From Gemmata obscuriglobus (GTDB taxonomy: Bacteria > Planctomycetota > Planctomycetia > Gemmatales > Gemmataceae), in contig NZ_CP042911.1 in assembly GCF_008065095.1 (NCBI RefSeq), forward strand, positions 840,001 through 872,000: a stretch of DNA of 32,000 nt, in the 5' to 3' direction. Every line of letters starts with the position of its first letter. The stretch's first letter is position 1. The translations under genes and the position numbers were made by a program. The notes beneath the pieces are model-generated. The model was not told the DNA's origin and ran no database searches. It saw nothing but the letters and a program-made list of their open reading frames with translations. Below are positions 24,716-32,000 of this stretch, in pieces.

Positions 24716-25081
24716 ATGAAAACGTTCGCACTTGCGGCCTTCGCCGCCATCGGTCTCGCGTTCACCGCCGGCACCGCCGACGCCCAGTTCCGCAGCCGCA
24801 GCGTATCTAGCTACAACTACCCGTCGGCGATTTACAACTATCCGTCCACTGTTTACCCGTCGGCGATTTACAACTATCCGTCCGTCACCTACTCATCTTA
24901 CGCGCCGGCGTACAGCGGCATCGGTGTCAGCAACTACTACTCCCCGTATTCGGGCAGCGTGGTCACGCCCGCCGGCTTCACCACGACTTACAGCACGCCG
25001 TATTACAGCGCTCCGTACTACAGCACGCCGTACTCCAGTAGCTACGGCGGCATGTACCGGGGCCGCGGCTGGCGGCGGTAA
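24716..25081 (+). CDS. Small secreted Tyr/Ser/Pro-rich low-complexity protein (121 aa)
   Basis: ATG 24716 follows GGAGGA. The signal peptide is MKTFALAAFAAIGLAFTAGTADA. The mature part is dominated by YNYPS/YYS units and ends RGRGWRR. A terminator follows the gene. Confidence 0.7.
   Translation: MKTFALAAFAAIGLAFTAGTADAQFRSRSVSSYNYPSAIYNYPSTVYPSAIYNYPSVTYSSYAPAYSGIGVSNYYSPYSGSVVTPAGFTTTYSTPYYSAPYYSTPYSSSYGGMYRGRGWRR
24818..24883 (+). repeat. Perfect 30-bp direct repeat (24818-24847 and 24854-24883), 36-nt period, inside the Tyr-rich gene
   Basis: TACCCGTCGGCGATTTACAACTATCCGTCC occurs twice and encodes YPSAIYNYPS twice, in frame. Confidence 0.9.
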
Positions 25082-25093
25082 CGCTTCCACTAT

Positions 25094-25130
25094 CGGACCG
25101 AGGAGCGAACCCTCGGTCCGCACTTTTTGT
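25094..25130 (+). terminator. Rho-independent terminator
   Basis: CGGACCGAGG-AGCGAAC-CCTCGGTCCG (10-bp stem) is followed by CACTTTTTGTTGTT. Confidence 0.7.
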
Positions 25131-25202
25131 TGTTAAGGCACGACAATCGCAAGGTATGTTCTAACGTTCCGAGCCCGCGGACTTCAACATAGGAGGCACA
25201 CC

Positions 25203-25550
25203 ATGAAACGCTTTACTTTCGCCGCGGTGGCTGCCCTCGCCATCGGCCTGACCACCGCCGCGACCGCCGACGCCCAGTACGCGTACCGCTTCTACAACAC
25301 CACCCCCAACGGCGGCGTTGTGGTTACCAATAACTACGGCAACTGGGGCGCTTACGGCGCGAACCGCACTTACGTTTCCCCGTTCGGCGGCGTGTACCAG
25401 CGGTCGTACTACGGGGACGTGTTCGGTAACTCGGTCGGCCGGTCTTACGGGTACAACCCGCTCGGCGGCTACGGCTACAACCGCGGGTTCGGTTACAACC
25501 CGTACAACCCGCTTGGCGGCTACAACTACAATTTCTACCGCCGCTGGTGA
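25203..25550 (+). CDS. Small secreted Tyr/Gly/Asn-rich low-complexity protein (115 aa), paralogous signal peptide to the upstream gene
   Basis: ATG 25203 follows AGGAGG. The signal peptide is MKRFTFAAVAALAIGLTTAATADA. The mature part carries GYNPLGGYGYN-type units and ends FYRRW. Confidence 0.7.
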   Translation: MKRFTFAAVAALAIGLTTAATADAQYAYRFYNTTPNGGVVVTNNYGNWGAYGANRTYVSPFGGVYQRSYYGDVFGNSVGRSYGYNPLGGYGYNRGFGYNPYNPLGGYNYNFYRRW

Positions 25551-25572
25551 GCGAATTCGGAGTCGAGCAAGA

Positions 25573-25605
25573 GAACGGGCCGCGGATCAGATCCGCGGCC
25601 CGTTC
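25573..25605. terminator. Bidirectional terminator hairpin between convergent genes
   Basis: GAACGGGCCGCGGATC-A-GATCCGCGGCCCGTTC is a near-perfect 16-nt inverted repeat. It lies between stop 25550 (+) and stop 25610 (-). Confidence 0.6.
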
Positions 25606-25609
25606 GCGT

Positions 25610-26638
25610 TCAGCCCACCTCACGCCAGCGGGCGCGGACTTTCTCGGGCGGCGCGGTGCCGGTCACCCCGATCTGCTGAATGGTGATCGACGCCACGAGG
25701 TTCCCGAACGCCGCCGCCTGCTCGTGCGTCAGCCCGCTGACCATCGCGGACGCGATCCCCGCGGAGCAACTGTCGCCGGCGCCGCAAATGTCGATCGGCC
25801 CCGCGACGGGGTACGCCGGCACGCTGGTGAGCACCGGCTCGCCTTTTCGGGTGTCGAATAAGCGGATGCCCTGTTCGCCGTTCGTCGCGAACACGAGCGG
25901 GCCGGGGGGCAGGATCTTCAAGTCGGCGTCGTCGTAGACTGCCCCTCCGCCGGTCGGCTCCTGGGAAGACAACTCGCGCGACGACTTGAGTTCGTTGCCG
26001 TTCGGCTTTACGCAGACGTTGCGGAACTGGTAAATCCGCTCCCGACTGTCGGCCATGACGAACTTGTCCGAGTCGCGCTCCGCCAGTCGTGCGACGTGCT
26101 CGCGCACGCGGGCGGTCACCACGCCGCAATCCTCCTCGCTCACCTGATCGAGTACGAGCAGCGCGTCGAGTTGCGGCCACGCGGCGTCGAGTAACTCGAT
26201 GATGCGCGACTGAATGCCGTCCGGTGTCGGGGTGCGGTTCTTGATGTCGAGCCGGTTCAGCTCGTCCTTTCCCAGCATCGGTTTCGTGTAGGTGGGGGTG
26301 CGCCGCGCCTCCGACTGGATGATCCCGCCCTGTTCGACGGCGGAAAGCGTCCGGAGCGCCTGACGGAGTTCGTACCCCTCGCCGTCGTCGCCGATGCACG
26401 CGATGGGGTAGATGCGTCCCACGCCCAGCGCCGCGAGGTTGTTGATGACGGTTCCTGCGGCTCCGGGATAACTGCGCACCTTCACGACCTGGTACGCGGT
26501 GAGCCCGGTTTCCACTGAAGGCTCGTTCAGACCCGGGTCGATGTCCAGGTAACGGTCGAGGAACAGGTCGCCGAGCACCCCGATCGTGCGGCCCGGGATG
26601 GTGGTCAGTACACGTTCAACGAGGTCGGTTGTGAGCAT
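25610..26638 (-). CDS. PfkB-family carbohydrate kinase, RfaE/HldE kinase-domain-like
   Basis: The start is taken at ATG 26638-26636 (MLTTDLVERVL...). The N-terminus IGVLGDLFLDRYLDID...EPSVETG resembles the heptose-7-phosphate kinase domain. The C-terminal PfkB signature is PIDICGAGDSCSAGIASAM. The upstream ORF extension to 27049 was rejected. Confidence 0.8.
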   Translation of the reverse strand: MLTTDLVERVLTTIPGRTIGVLGDLFLDRYLDIDPGLNEPSVETGLTAYQVVKVRSYPGAAGTVINNLAALGVGRIYPIACIGDDGEGYELRQALRTLSAVEQGGIIQSEARRTPTYTKPMLGKDELNRLDIKNRTPTPDGIQSRIIELLDAAWPQLDALLVLDQVSEEDCGVVTARVREHVARLAERDSDKFVMADSRERIYQFRNVCVKPNGNELKSSRELSSQEPTGGGAVYDDADLKILPPGPLVFATNGEQGIRLFDTRKGEPVLTSVPAYPVAGPIDICGAGDSCSAGIASAMVSGLTHEQAAAFGNLVASITIQQIGVTGTAPPEKVRARWREVG

Positions 26639-26849
26639 GGGGACGGGCTTCTGACGCGGGGGCAGAGTTTCTGTTCGCGTTTTCAGAGTACCGGTTCGAT
26701 TGCGGCCGACATCTCGAAATCCGGGCCGTTTGTGGGCGAATCGTGGTGAGTGTGAAACCGCCGGGAGCGACGGGGGGTGAATGCACTTGCTGCGGAACGA
26801 ATTTTGCGTATACAATTCGCCCGTAGCCCCGTTGCCGGTCAGGGAGTCC

Positions 26850-27206
26850 ATGCGCAGATTAGGTGCGACGCTCCGGTTCCTCGCTGTAGCCCTGTGTCTG
26901 GTGCCCTTCACCAGTTCGCAGCAGGCCCGGGCGGCGCTCTTGCCGGTCGTCCCGGTGCCGGCCGCGCCCGACGCGCCGACGAACGAGGAAGAGGAGCAGC
27001 GCGAGGAGCGCGGCGAGCGGGAAGAGAGTGCGGCCAAGGCTCGACACACCTTCCCGTACCGGAACGCCGAGCCGATTCGCGAACTCGTTGCGACCCTGCC
27101 GCCCGCGCACGCTATGCACTACTCTCACGTCGCCAAACCGCGGACGACGCCGCCGAGCGCCGCCGACCCGTTCCGCAACGGTCTTGGCGCCCCCTATCGC
27201 TGTTAA
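26850..27206 (+). CDS. Hypothetical small secreted protein with an acidic EEEEQREERGEREE tract (118 aa)
   Basis: ATG 26850 directly follows AGGGAG. The N-terminus is signal-like (MRRLGATLRFLAVALCLVPFTSSQQARA). Third-position G/C bias is acceptable. I recognise no motif. Confidence 0.4.
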   Translation: MRRLGATLRFLAVALCLVPFTSSQQARAALLPVVPVPAAPDAPTNEEEEQREERGEREESAAKARHTFPYRNAEPIRELVATLPPAHAMHYSHVAKPRTTPPSAADPFRNGLGAPYRC

Positions 27207-27341
27207 CCGGTTCCGTTACGCACCCCGCGCCGCCCCCGCGCGCCCCGAATCAACCGGTCGGTCCCAGGACCGCGCCGCGCACGCGACCGTGCGCGGCGGC
27301 CCAGCCCCCTCGCGTCACGATCCAAATGGAGACGGTATAAC

Positions 27342-28037
27342 GTGGAAAAGCTCATCAGCGGGATTCACAAGTTCCAGGCCGACGTGTTCGCCCCCAACAG
27401 CGACTTCTTCCGGAAGCTGGTGGAGGGGCAGCACCCGCAGGCGCTGTTCATCACCTGCTCCGACTCCCGCATGGTGCCGGACCTGATCTGCCAGACCGAC
27501 CCCGGCGAGCTGTTCGTGCTCCGCAACGCGGGCAACATCGTTCCGCCGTACACGCCGGGCGCGGCCAGCGGCGAGGCGGCCACGATCGAGTACGCGATCC
27601 GCGGGCTGGGCATCAAGGACATCGTCATCTGCGGGCACACGCGGTGCGGGGCGATGCAGGCGGTGGCCGAGCCGTCGGCGACGGCCAACATGCCGCGCGT
27701 GCGCCAGTGGCTGGAGCACGCGCAGGCCAGTTCGGAGATCGTCTGCACGTGCTACGGGCACCTGACGGGCGAGGCCCGCGCGAAGGTGATGGTGCAGGAG
27801 AACGTGCTGACGCAGGTGGAGCACCTGCGCACCCACCCGACGGTGGCGGCGGCGCTGGCGGCGGGCGAGCTGAAGCTGCACGCCTGGGTGTACAAGATGG
27901 AGACCGGCGACGTGTTCGCCTACGACCCCGAGAGCGGTCAGTTCACGAAGCTCGCGACCGACGCCGACCCGACCCAGTCGTACCCGCTGCTCCCGCGCCG
28001 CCCGGCGACGCCGCTGAGCACCGCGGACGCGATCTGA
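27342..28037 (+). CDS. Beta-class carbonic anhydrase (CynT/Can type)
   Basis: It aligns by eye along its whole length with E. coli CynT. Motifs: LFITCSDSRMVPD (Cys, Asp-x-Arg), LFVLRNAGNIVPPY, and IVICGHTRCGAM (His-x-x-Cys zinc ligands). The start is GTG 27342. No cyanase gene is adjacent. Confidence 0.9.
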   Translation: MEKLISGIHKFQADVFAPNSDFFRKLVEGQHPQALFITCSDSRMVPDLICQTDPGELFVLRNAGNIVPPYTPGAASGEAATIEYAIRGLGIKDIVICGHTRCGAMQAVAEPSATANMPRVRQWLEHAQASSEIVCTCYGHLTGEARAKVMVQENVLTQVEHLRTHPTVAAALAAGELKLHAWVYKMETGDVFAYDPESGQFTKLATDADPTQSYPLLPRRPATPLSTADAI

Positions 28038-28174
28038 TCGCACGCCGGCCGCGGCAACGCCGGCGCGGTCCGCCGGTGTCACCGCGACCGGCCGTCAGCC
28101 GCTTGTGCGTCGTCGCAGTCGCGTCTTTGCCTCCTGCATGTTCGGTGTCGGTGGGAAAAGCGGTGTGAATAAGC

Positions 28175-28216
28175 AAGGGGCGGGCGGCGATCCAAGTGGA
28201 CCGCCGCCCGCCCCTT
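28175..28216. terminator. GC-rich 14-bp stem hairpin between convergent genes
   Basis: AAGGGGCGGGCGGC (28175-28188) pairs with GCCGCCCGCCCCTT (28203-28216). It lies between stop 28037 (+) and stop 28236 (-). Confidence 0.5.
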
Positions 28217-28235
28217 CACTTCAACCTACTCGAAC

Positions 28236-31200
28236 TCAGCGGAGCCGCTCGACGTAGGGCACGACCGGCTTGTACTTATCGAGAGTGAAGTTGAACCCCG
28301 GTTGTGGCCCCGCGTACCCCGGCCGCACGTTCGATACGACGGTACCACCCCAGGCGTCACGAGTGAGGCCAGTCACTTCCAGTTGCCCCGCTCCGAGTAC
28401 CTTGGTCACGACTACGGGAGTGGGGGTCGGATTTCCTGCGGTCGGGTTCGGTGGTTGTTGCTCAGCACCATATCCAATGATCAACTGAGTACCAACCGTG
28501 ATTGGCTTCCTGACCCCATCAGCAGACACGTATACAATCCCATTACCGGTATCATATGACTCATGCGCAATTGACAGTATAGACGTTGTTGCCGGAGCAA
28601 CCGGGGCGCGGGCGGTCGCCGTAAGCGCCGTGAAGAACGGAGCCTCGGTCGCGTGAGGGTTCGTGTCGGTGAGCGACGTCGTTCCCTTCAACGCCATGTT
28701 CGACATGTCGATGACGGCCACGAACTTCTGCCGCATGTCGCCGGGAATTTGATCGTATACCTCGGCTCCGAAGCGCGGAGGCGCTGGCACACCCGTAGGC
28801 CAAGTCGTCGGCACCGTTTGCAAACCATCAGGCTCAAAGTACCCAACGGTCAGATACACCACGAACGAATGGCTGACGGTGGTGAGGTTGTTCATGACCT
28901 TGCGCAGCGGCTCGCTCTGCGTATACGGGTGATGAACAACGGTGGGGTCAGCCTGCGGGTCCAAGATCAGGTGCGGTTCCGGGTTCGGAATGGCCGTTGT
29001 CTCCGGGCGCCGCAAGATCGTGTCCCCGTCGATGAACGTACTCGGGTTCCCGTAGGCAAACGTGCCGGCCGTTGCAGTCGGGGTCGCAAAGGGCATGAAC
29101 GGCCGGTCGGCACCGCCTTCCGCGATGCTCCCGGTCGGCACCGGGGAGTTGAACACGGTGACACCGTCCGCCTGCTTACGTCCCTGCATGTTCGAGCGGG
29201 ACCGCAGCCACTTGTCCCACACTGTGTCGTTCACGAAGGCGAGGTTGAACCGGTTGTTCGCCTGTGGCGCCCACACACCTTGTACGACGCGGCGATCCTG
29301 GATCACGTTCGGGTTCACCTTACCGGCGACCCGACCGCCGTGAGGCACGCGGAGGTCCGGCGACTTCACGGACAGCAGACCCAGCGCCCGCGTGAGCCCG
29401 TCGTTGTGCCTCGTCCACTGCGCGTAGCTGGCGTCGTATCGGAGGGACGGTGCGGTCGCGTTCGGGCGCACGAACTCGGACGTGAGCCGGTGCGGCGGGC
29501 AGTCTCGCACCGTGAACAGATCGCCCTGCGTTTCGAGCGGCCGGTCCAGGTGGGGCAGCCAGTCGAACGGGAGCATAATGGTATCCGTGAGCGTTGCCGG
29601 GGTATTGGCAGGTGTCACGGTCGCGCCCCCCGGGAGTGCCGCCAAGTGCCCATTATGACGACCGAAAGTATTTTTCGGCTCGTTCGGGTCGTTCGTTACC
29701 ATCGGATCTGTCGCCGGAGTCGGCAGGGTCGGGGCACCGGTCTGGTCCCGGATCATCGAGTCTGTCAGCGAAGAAGCGACTGCACGCCCGGTGTTACCGT
29801 TGTACACGTTGTACGCCCCAGGGCCGTTCATCGGAACCATGCCCGAATACGCAGCTAACGGCTGGACCTTTCCGACGGAGAACCTCTGGGTCACAGGATC
29901 GTACCCACCCGGGTTGCCGCCGTCTCGTTCCTTGCGGTCCGTCGGTTGTCCCGCCGCGCGGTGAACCGCGTCGAACGCCGGCACATTGTCCATCATGTCA
30001 ACGGTGACGTAAGGGTTGGGCGTCCGACTCGGATCGTAGCTGTAGTTCGGGTCGTTGGCCGGCAAGTACGGATTGGTGAGCCGGCGGAGTTGCACCACGT
30101 GCCGCTTGAACTCCTTGTTTGATAGGATGGTCGCGCTGGGCATCGTCAACATGTACCCCATCCCGCTACTGGACGTCGCCGGCCCGAGAGGTTGCGAATC
30201 GACCTTGTTCGTCGTTGCCCAAACGCCGGCTGCCGGGGGGGTGAATTCTTTTGCGTCCTTTTTCGGAGTGAGCGTCGGCGGGCCGACCAGTACGAACCCG
30301 CCCGCCGGGAGCGTGCTGGCCGGGCCGCCCGTGTACGGCGGAGCATACTGGCTATTGGGGCCGTTGTTAATCAGTGTCACATCGTTGGGCGCGACAGCCG
30401 CAGGGTTACTCCCGACCGGAACAAGCGGGAAGTTAAACATTGCGTCAGCAGTGACCGGGGTTCCGGTCGCGTCACCAAATACTCCGGACGTGTTACTGAG
30501 CGAGCTAAGGAACGAGATCCGATCCCCGGTGCCACCGGTCTCCTGAATCGCACGTGCGATTTGGATCTGATAAGCGCTCAGATTCACGGCGCCGGTCCCA
30601 AGTACACCGGTGTTCGTTGCGTGCGGGGCGGAAGTCGGGTTCACTAACTCGGCCCAAAACCGAACTTGGGCGTTGGCCGTCGGTGCCAACGGAGTCGGGT
30701 TGCCGTCCTTGTCTTTGACAGCTTCAACCTGGTCACCCGGACCCGTATCGTTGGTGATCTCGCTATACACCTCGTTGAGCAGCAACCGCGGCTTCTCGAT
30801 GCCGAACACCGCCCGGTTGCCAACCTTTGCCGCTTTCAAATCCTCTGCTGCACCTTCAACAGGGTTCCACAGGAACGTGGTGCTGACATCGTCGTTGTCG
30901 ATGTGATCCACGATGTTCACCGCGAGCTGCGCCAGGTACCGCAGCGCGTCGTATTGCTGCGTGGTGTACGCCACACCCGCGCCGTTGATTTGGCGCGTGA
31001 TCGGGTTGGGAAGGCTGATGTTGCCGGTGTTTGGGTCAACGATGGCCGCCGCGCCGGTCGCGACACAGAGGCGGATGAAGATGTCTTTCGCCAGCGCCTG
31101 CCGGTCGGCCTCGGCCTGAACAACGTTGCCCATGTTTTTTAGCAACAACGGGTCCGGGGTCAGAGTTCCCGTCGGGTTTACATCGGTGCCGAGTGGCTTC

Positions 31201-32000
31201 GTCAGATCGGTGCGGTAGTCGGCCAGCGGGCGGTTCAGGTTCACCGACCCCAGCGCGGCCTGAATGTTGTACCAGCGCTGCGTAACACCTGCGCCAACAG
31301 CCACCGGCGGCGCGAAGTCGGTCACCGTCCCAGGGTTTTGCGGCGTGGGGTATACGGTTGCGGTGGGATTGGCGCCAGCGAACAGGCCGCCCGGCTTGGT
31401 CGCACCCGCAACGATTTGCAGCGCCGGCGACGCAGACCCGGTACCGGTCCCGTCGTCGCGGCTCACGAAGTTCGGCGCCAGGGCCGGGCGATCCAGCCCC
31501 GTCGCCTTCGGGGTAAACAGGAGCCGCCGGTTGTGCGCCGGGTCGAGCCGGTAATTGGACGACGTACTAGCCCCCGGGTTCGCCAAATACGGGTATGTGG
31601 TCGGTTGCCCCAGGAACGTGTCTTGCGCGGCCTTGGTCGCGAACGCCTGGTAATACCAGTCCGGCGTGTACGCGTACCGCAGGCTGAACCGCTTCAGGTC
31701 CGTGTACGGGAAGATCGGGCTGTTCATGTTGGCCGTGTTACGCACGGCGAACTCGTCCCGGTTGTACCCGGCAGGGTGCCCGAGCGTCAGATCGGGGAGA
31801 GCCGGGGGCTTGGGCACCTGGGCATTGTCGTTCTGGAAGTTGCTGTAGATGGGGGTCAGAGTCGGGTTGGCACGTGACGGCTGCCCGAACAGGCTGTTGC
31901 CGGCCGGGAACTGGAAGTCCACCTGTGCCCCGGTCCACGACACGCCGCCGTAGGTCGGGAGCAGTTGTCCGGTCGCGAACGGGTTGAACTCGGCGGGGTA
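28236..32000 (-). CDS. Very large (>1254 aa, 5'-truncated by the window) Thr/Asn/Pro/Gly-rich protein of unknown function; possibly a giant GspK-like pseudopilin/pilus-associated protein
   Basis: The reading frame stays open from 31943 to the window edge (...YPAEFNPFATGQLLPTYGG-VSWTGAQ...), so the GTG at 31943 is not the start. Coding bias is consistent over 3.7 kb. Motifs: GSVNLNRPLADY (31215-31247), RLLLNEVYSE, VQLRRLTNPYLP, FDWLPHLDRPLETQGDLFTV and GKVNPNV (29304-29324). Confidence 0.75.
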   Translation of the reverse strand, partial: YPAEFNPFATGQLLPTYGGVSWTGAQVDFQFPAGNSLFGQPSRANPTLTPIYSNFQNDNAQVPKPPALPDLTLGHPAGYNRDEFAVRNTANMNSPIFPYTDLKRFSLRYAYTPDWYYQAFATKAAQDTFLGQPTTYPYLANPGASTSSNYRLDPAHNRRLLFTPKATGLDRPALAPNFVSRDDGTGTGSASPALQIVAGATKPGGLFAGANPTATVYPTPQNPGTVTDFAPPVAVGAGVTQRWYNIQAALGSVNLNRPLADYRTDLTKPLGTDVNPTGTLTPDPLLLKNMGNVVQAEADRQALAKDIFIRLCVATGAAAIVDPNTGNISLPNPITRQINGAGVAYTTQQYDALRYLAQLAVNIVDHIDNDDVSTTFLWNPVEGAAEDLKAAKVGNRAVFGIEKPRLLLNEVYSEITNDTGPGDQVEAVKDKDGNPTPLAPTANAQVRFWAELVNPTSAPHATNTGVLGTGAVNLSAYQIQIARAIQETGGTGDRISFLSSLSNTSGVFGDATGTPVTADAMFNFPLVPVGSNPAAVAPNDVTLINNGPNSQYAPPYTGGPASTLPAGGFVLVGPPTLTPKKDAKEFTPPAAGVWATTNKVDSQPLGPATSSSGMGYMLTMPSATILSNKEFKRHVVQLRRLTNPYLPANDPNYSYDPSRTPNPYVTVDMMDNVPAFDAVHRAAGQPTDRKERDGGNPGGYDPVTQRFSVGKVQPLAAYSGMVPMNGPGAYNVYNGNTGRAVASSLTDSMIRDQTGAPTLPTPATDPMVTNDPNEPKNTFGRHNGHLAALPGGATVTPANTPATLTDTIMLPFDWLPHLDRPLETQGDLFTVRDCPPHRLTSEFVRPNATAPSLRYDASYAQWTRHNDGLTRALGLLSVKSPDLRVPHGGRVAGKVNPNVIQDRRVVQGVWAPQANNRFNLAFVNDTVWDKWLRSRSNMQGRKQADGVTVFNSPVPTGSIAEGGADRPFMPFATPTATAGTFAYGNPSTFIDGDTILRRPETTAIPNPEPHLILDPQADPTVVHHPYTQSEPLRKVMNNLTTVSHSFVVYLTVGYFEPDGLQTVPTTWPTGVPAPPRFGAEVYDQIPGDMRQKFVAVIDMSNMALKGTTSLTDTNPHATEAPFFTALTATARAPVAPATTSILSIAHESYDTGNGIVYVSADGVRKPITVGTQLIIGYGAEQQPPNPTAGNPTPTPVVVTKVLGAGQLEVTGLTRDAWGGTVVSNVRPGYAGPQPGFNFTLDKYKPVVPYVERLR

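Noticed and set aside
26639-27049. N-terminal extension of the PfkB kinase ORF to 27049
   Set aside because: The extension is Ser/Arg-rich and overlaps the divergent small secreted-protein gene. ATG 26638 begins exactly at the conserved kinase N-terminus.
28653-29858. 401-aa plus-strand ORF, and other + ORFs, inside the giant gene
   Set aside because: They are antisense shadow ORFs with Arg-rich translations. The minus frame is uninterrupted for more than 3.7 kb.
1-32000. tRNA, rRNA or other standard RNA genes
   Set aside because: I found no T-loop or anticodon-arm-like cloverleaf candidates and no rRNA-like conserved stretches in the intergenic regions. All long non-coding gaps were read on both strands. 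A covariance-model scan would still be needed to exclude small RNAs.

Overview
This is a high-G+C bacterial chromosomal segment. Coding regions look roughly two-thirds G+C or higher by eye. The gene content looks planctomycete and Gemmata-like, which is an inference from several features: a DUF1080 protein, a giant beta-helix/cadherin/FG-GAP surface protein with an N-terminal LE[DN]R-type motif, a very large Thr/Asn/Pro/Gly-rich ORF, several small secreted low-complexity proteins, and a protein of the 'HVRGCWVVD' type. I call 24 protein-coding genes. I found no rRNA or tRNA, no CRISPR array and no transposase or integrase. Confident housekeeping or recognisable genes are mutY, a CynT-type beta-carbonic anhydrase, an M61 glycyl aminopeptidase with a PDZ domain, a rhodanese, a HAD phosphatase, a PfkB/RfaE-like sugar kinase, a HAMP-PAS histidine kinase, an HDOD protein, an FHA protein, a SWIM+SNF2 helicase and a solute-binding lipoprotein. 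The most unusual part is nt 1-5625. It is a tightly spaced same-strand cluster encoding a Zn-ribbon/Pro-rich protein, an intact vWA protein, a paralogous vWA with a destroyed MIDAS fused to a PP2C-type phosphatase, and a signal-peptide protein built from about 7 BON-like modules. This resembles TerY-P or PpkA/PppA/Fha-type phospho-switches, but no kinase, Ter or T6SS gene is visible. Other points worth a second look: (1) a roughly 46% G+C intergenic island (about 21840-22200) containing four tandem 9-bp units that each resemble a -35 box, upstream of the SWIM-SNF2 gene; (2) two tandem genes for Tyr-rich secreted mini-proteins, one carrying a perfect 30-bp duplication; (3) a 5'-truncated ORF of more than 1250 aa with lower G+C and motifs reminiscent of GspK-like pseudopilins; (4) a stand-alone 100-aa S24-like peptidase domain; (5) a phosphatase-fold lipoprotein lacking the catalytic Cys; (6) recurring CCCGCCTG-core palindromes. 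All domain calls come from reading motifs in the supplied translations. No database search was run.
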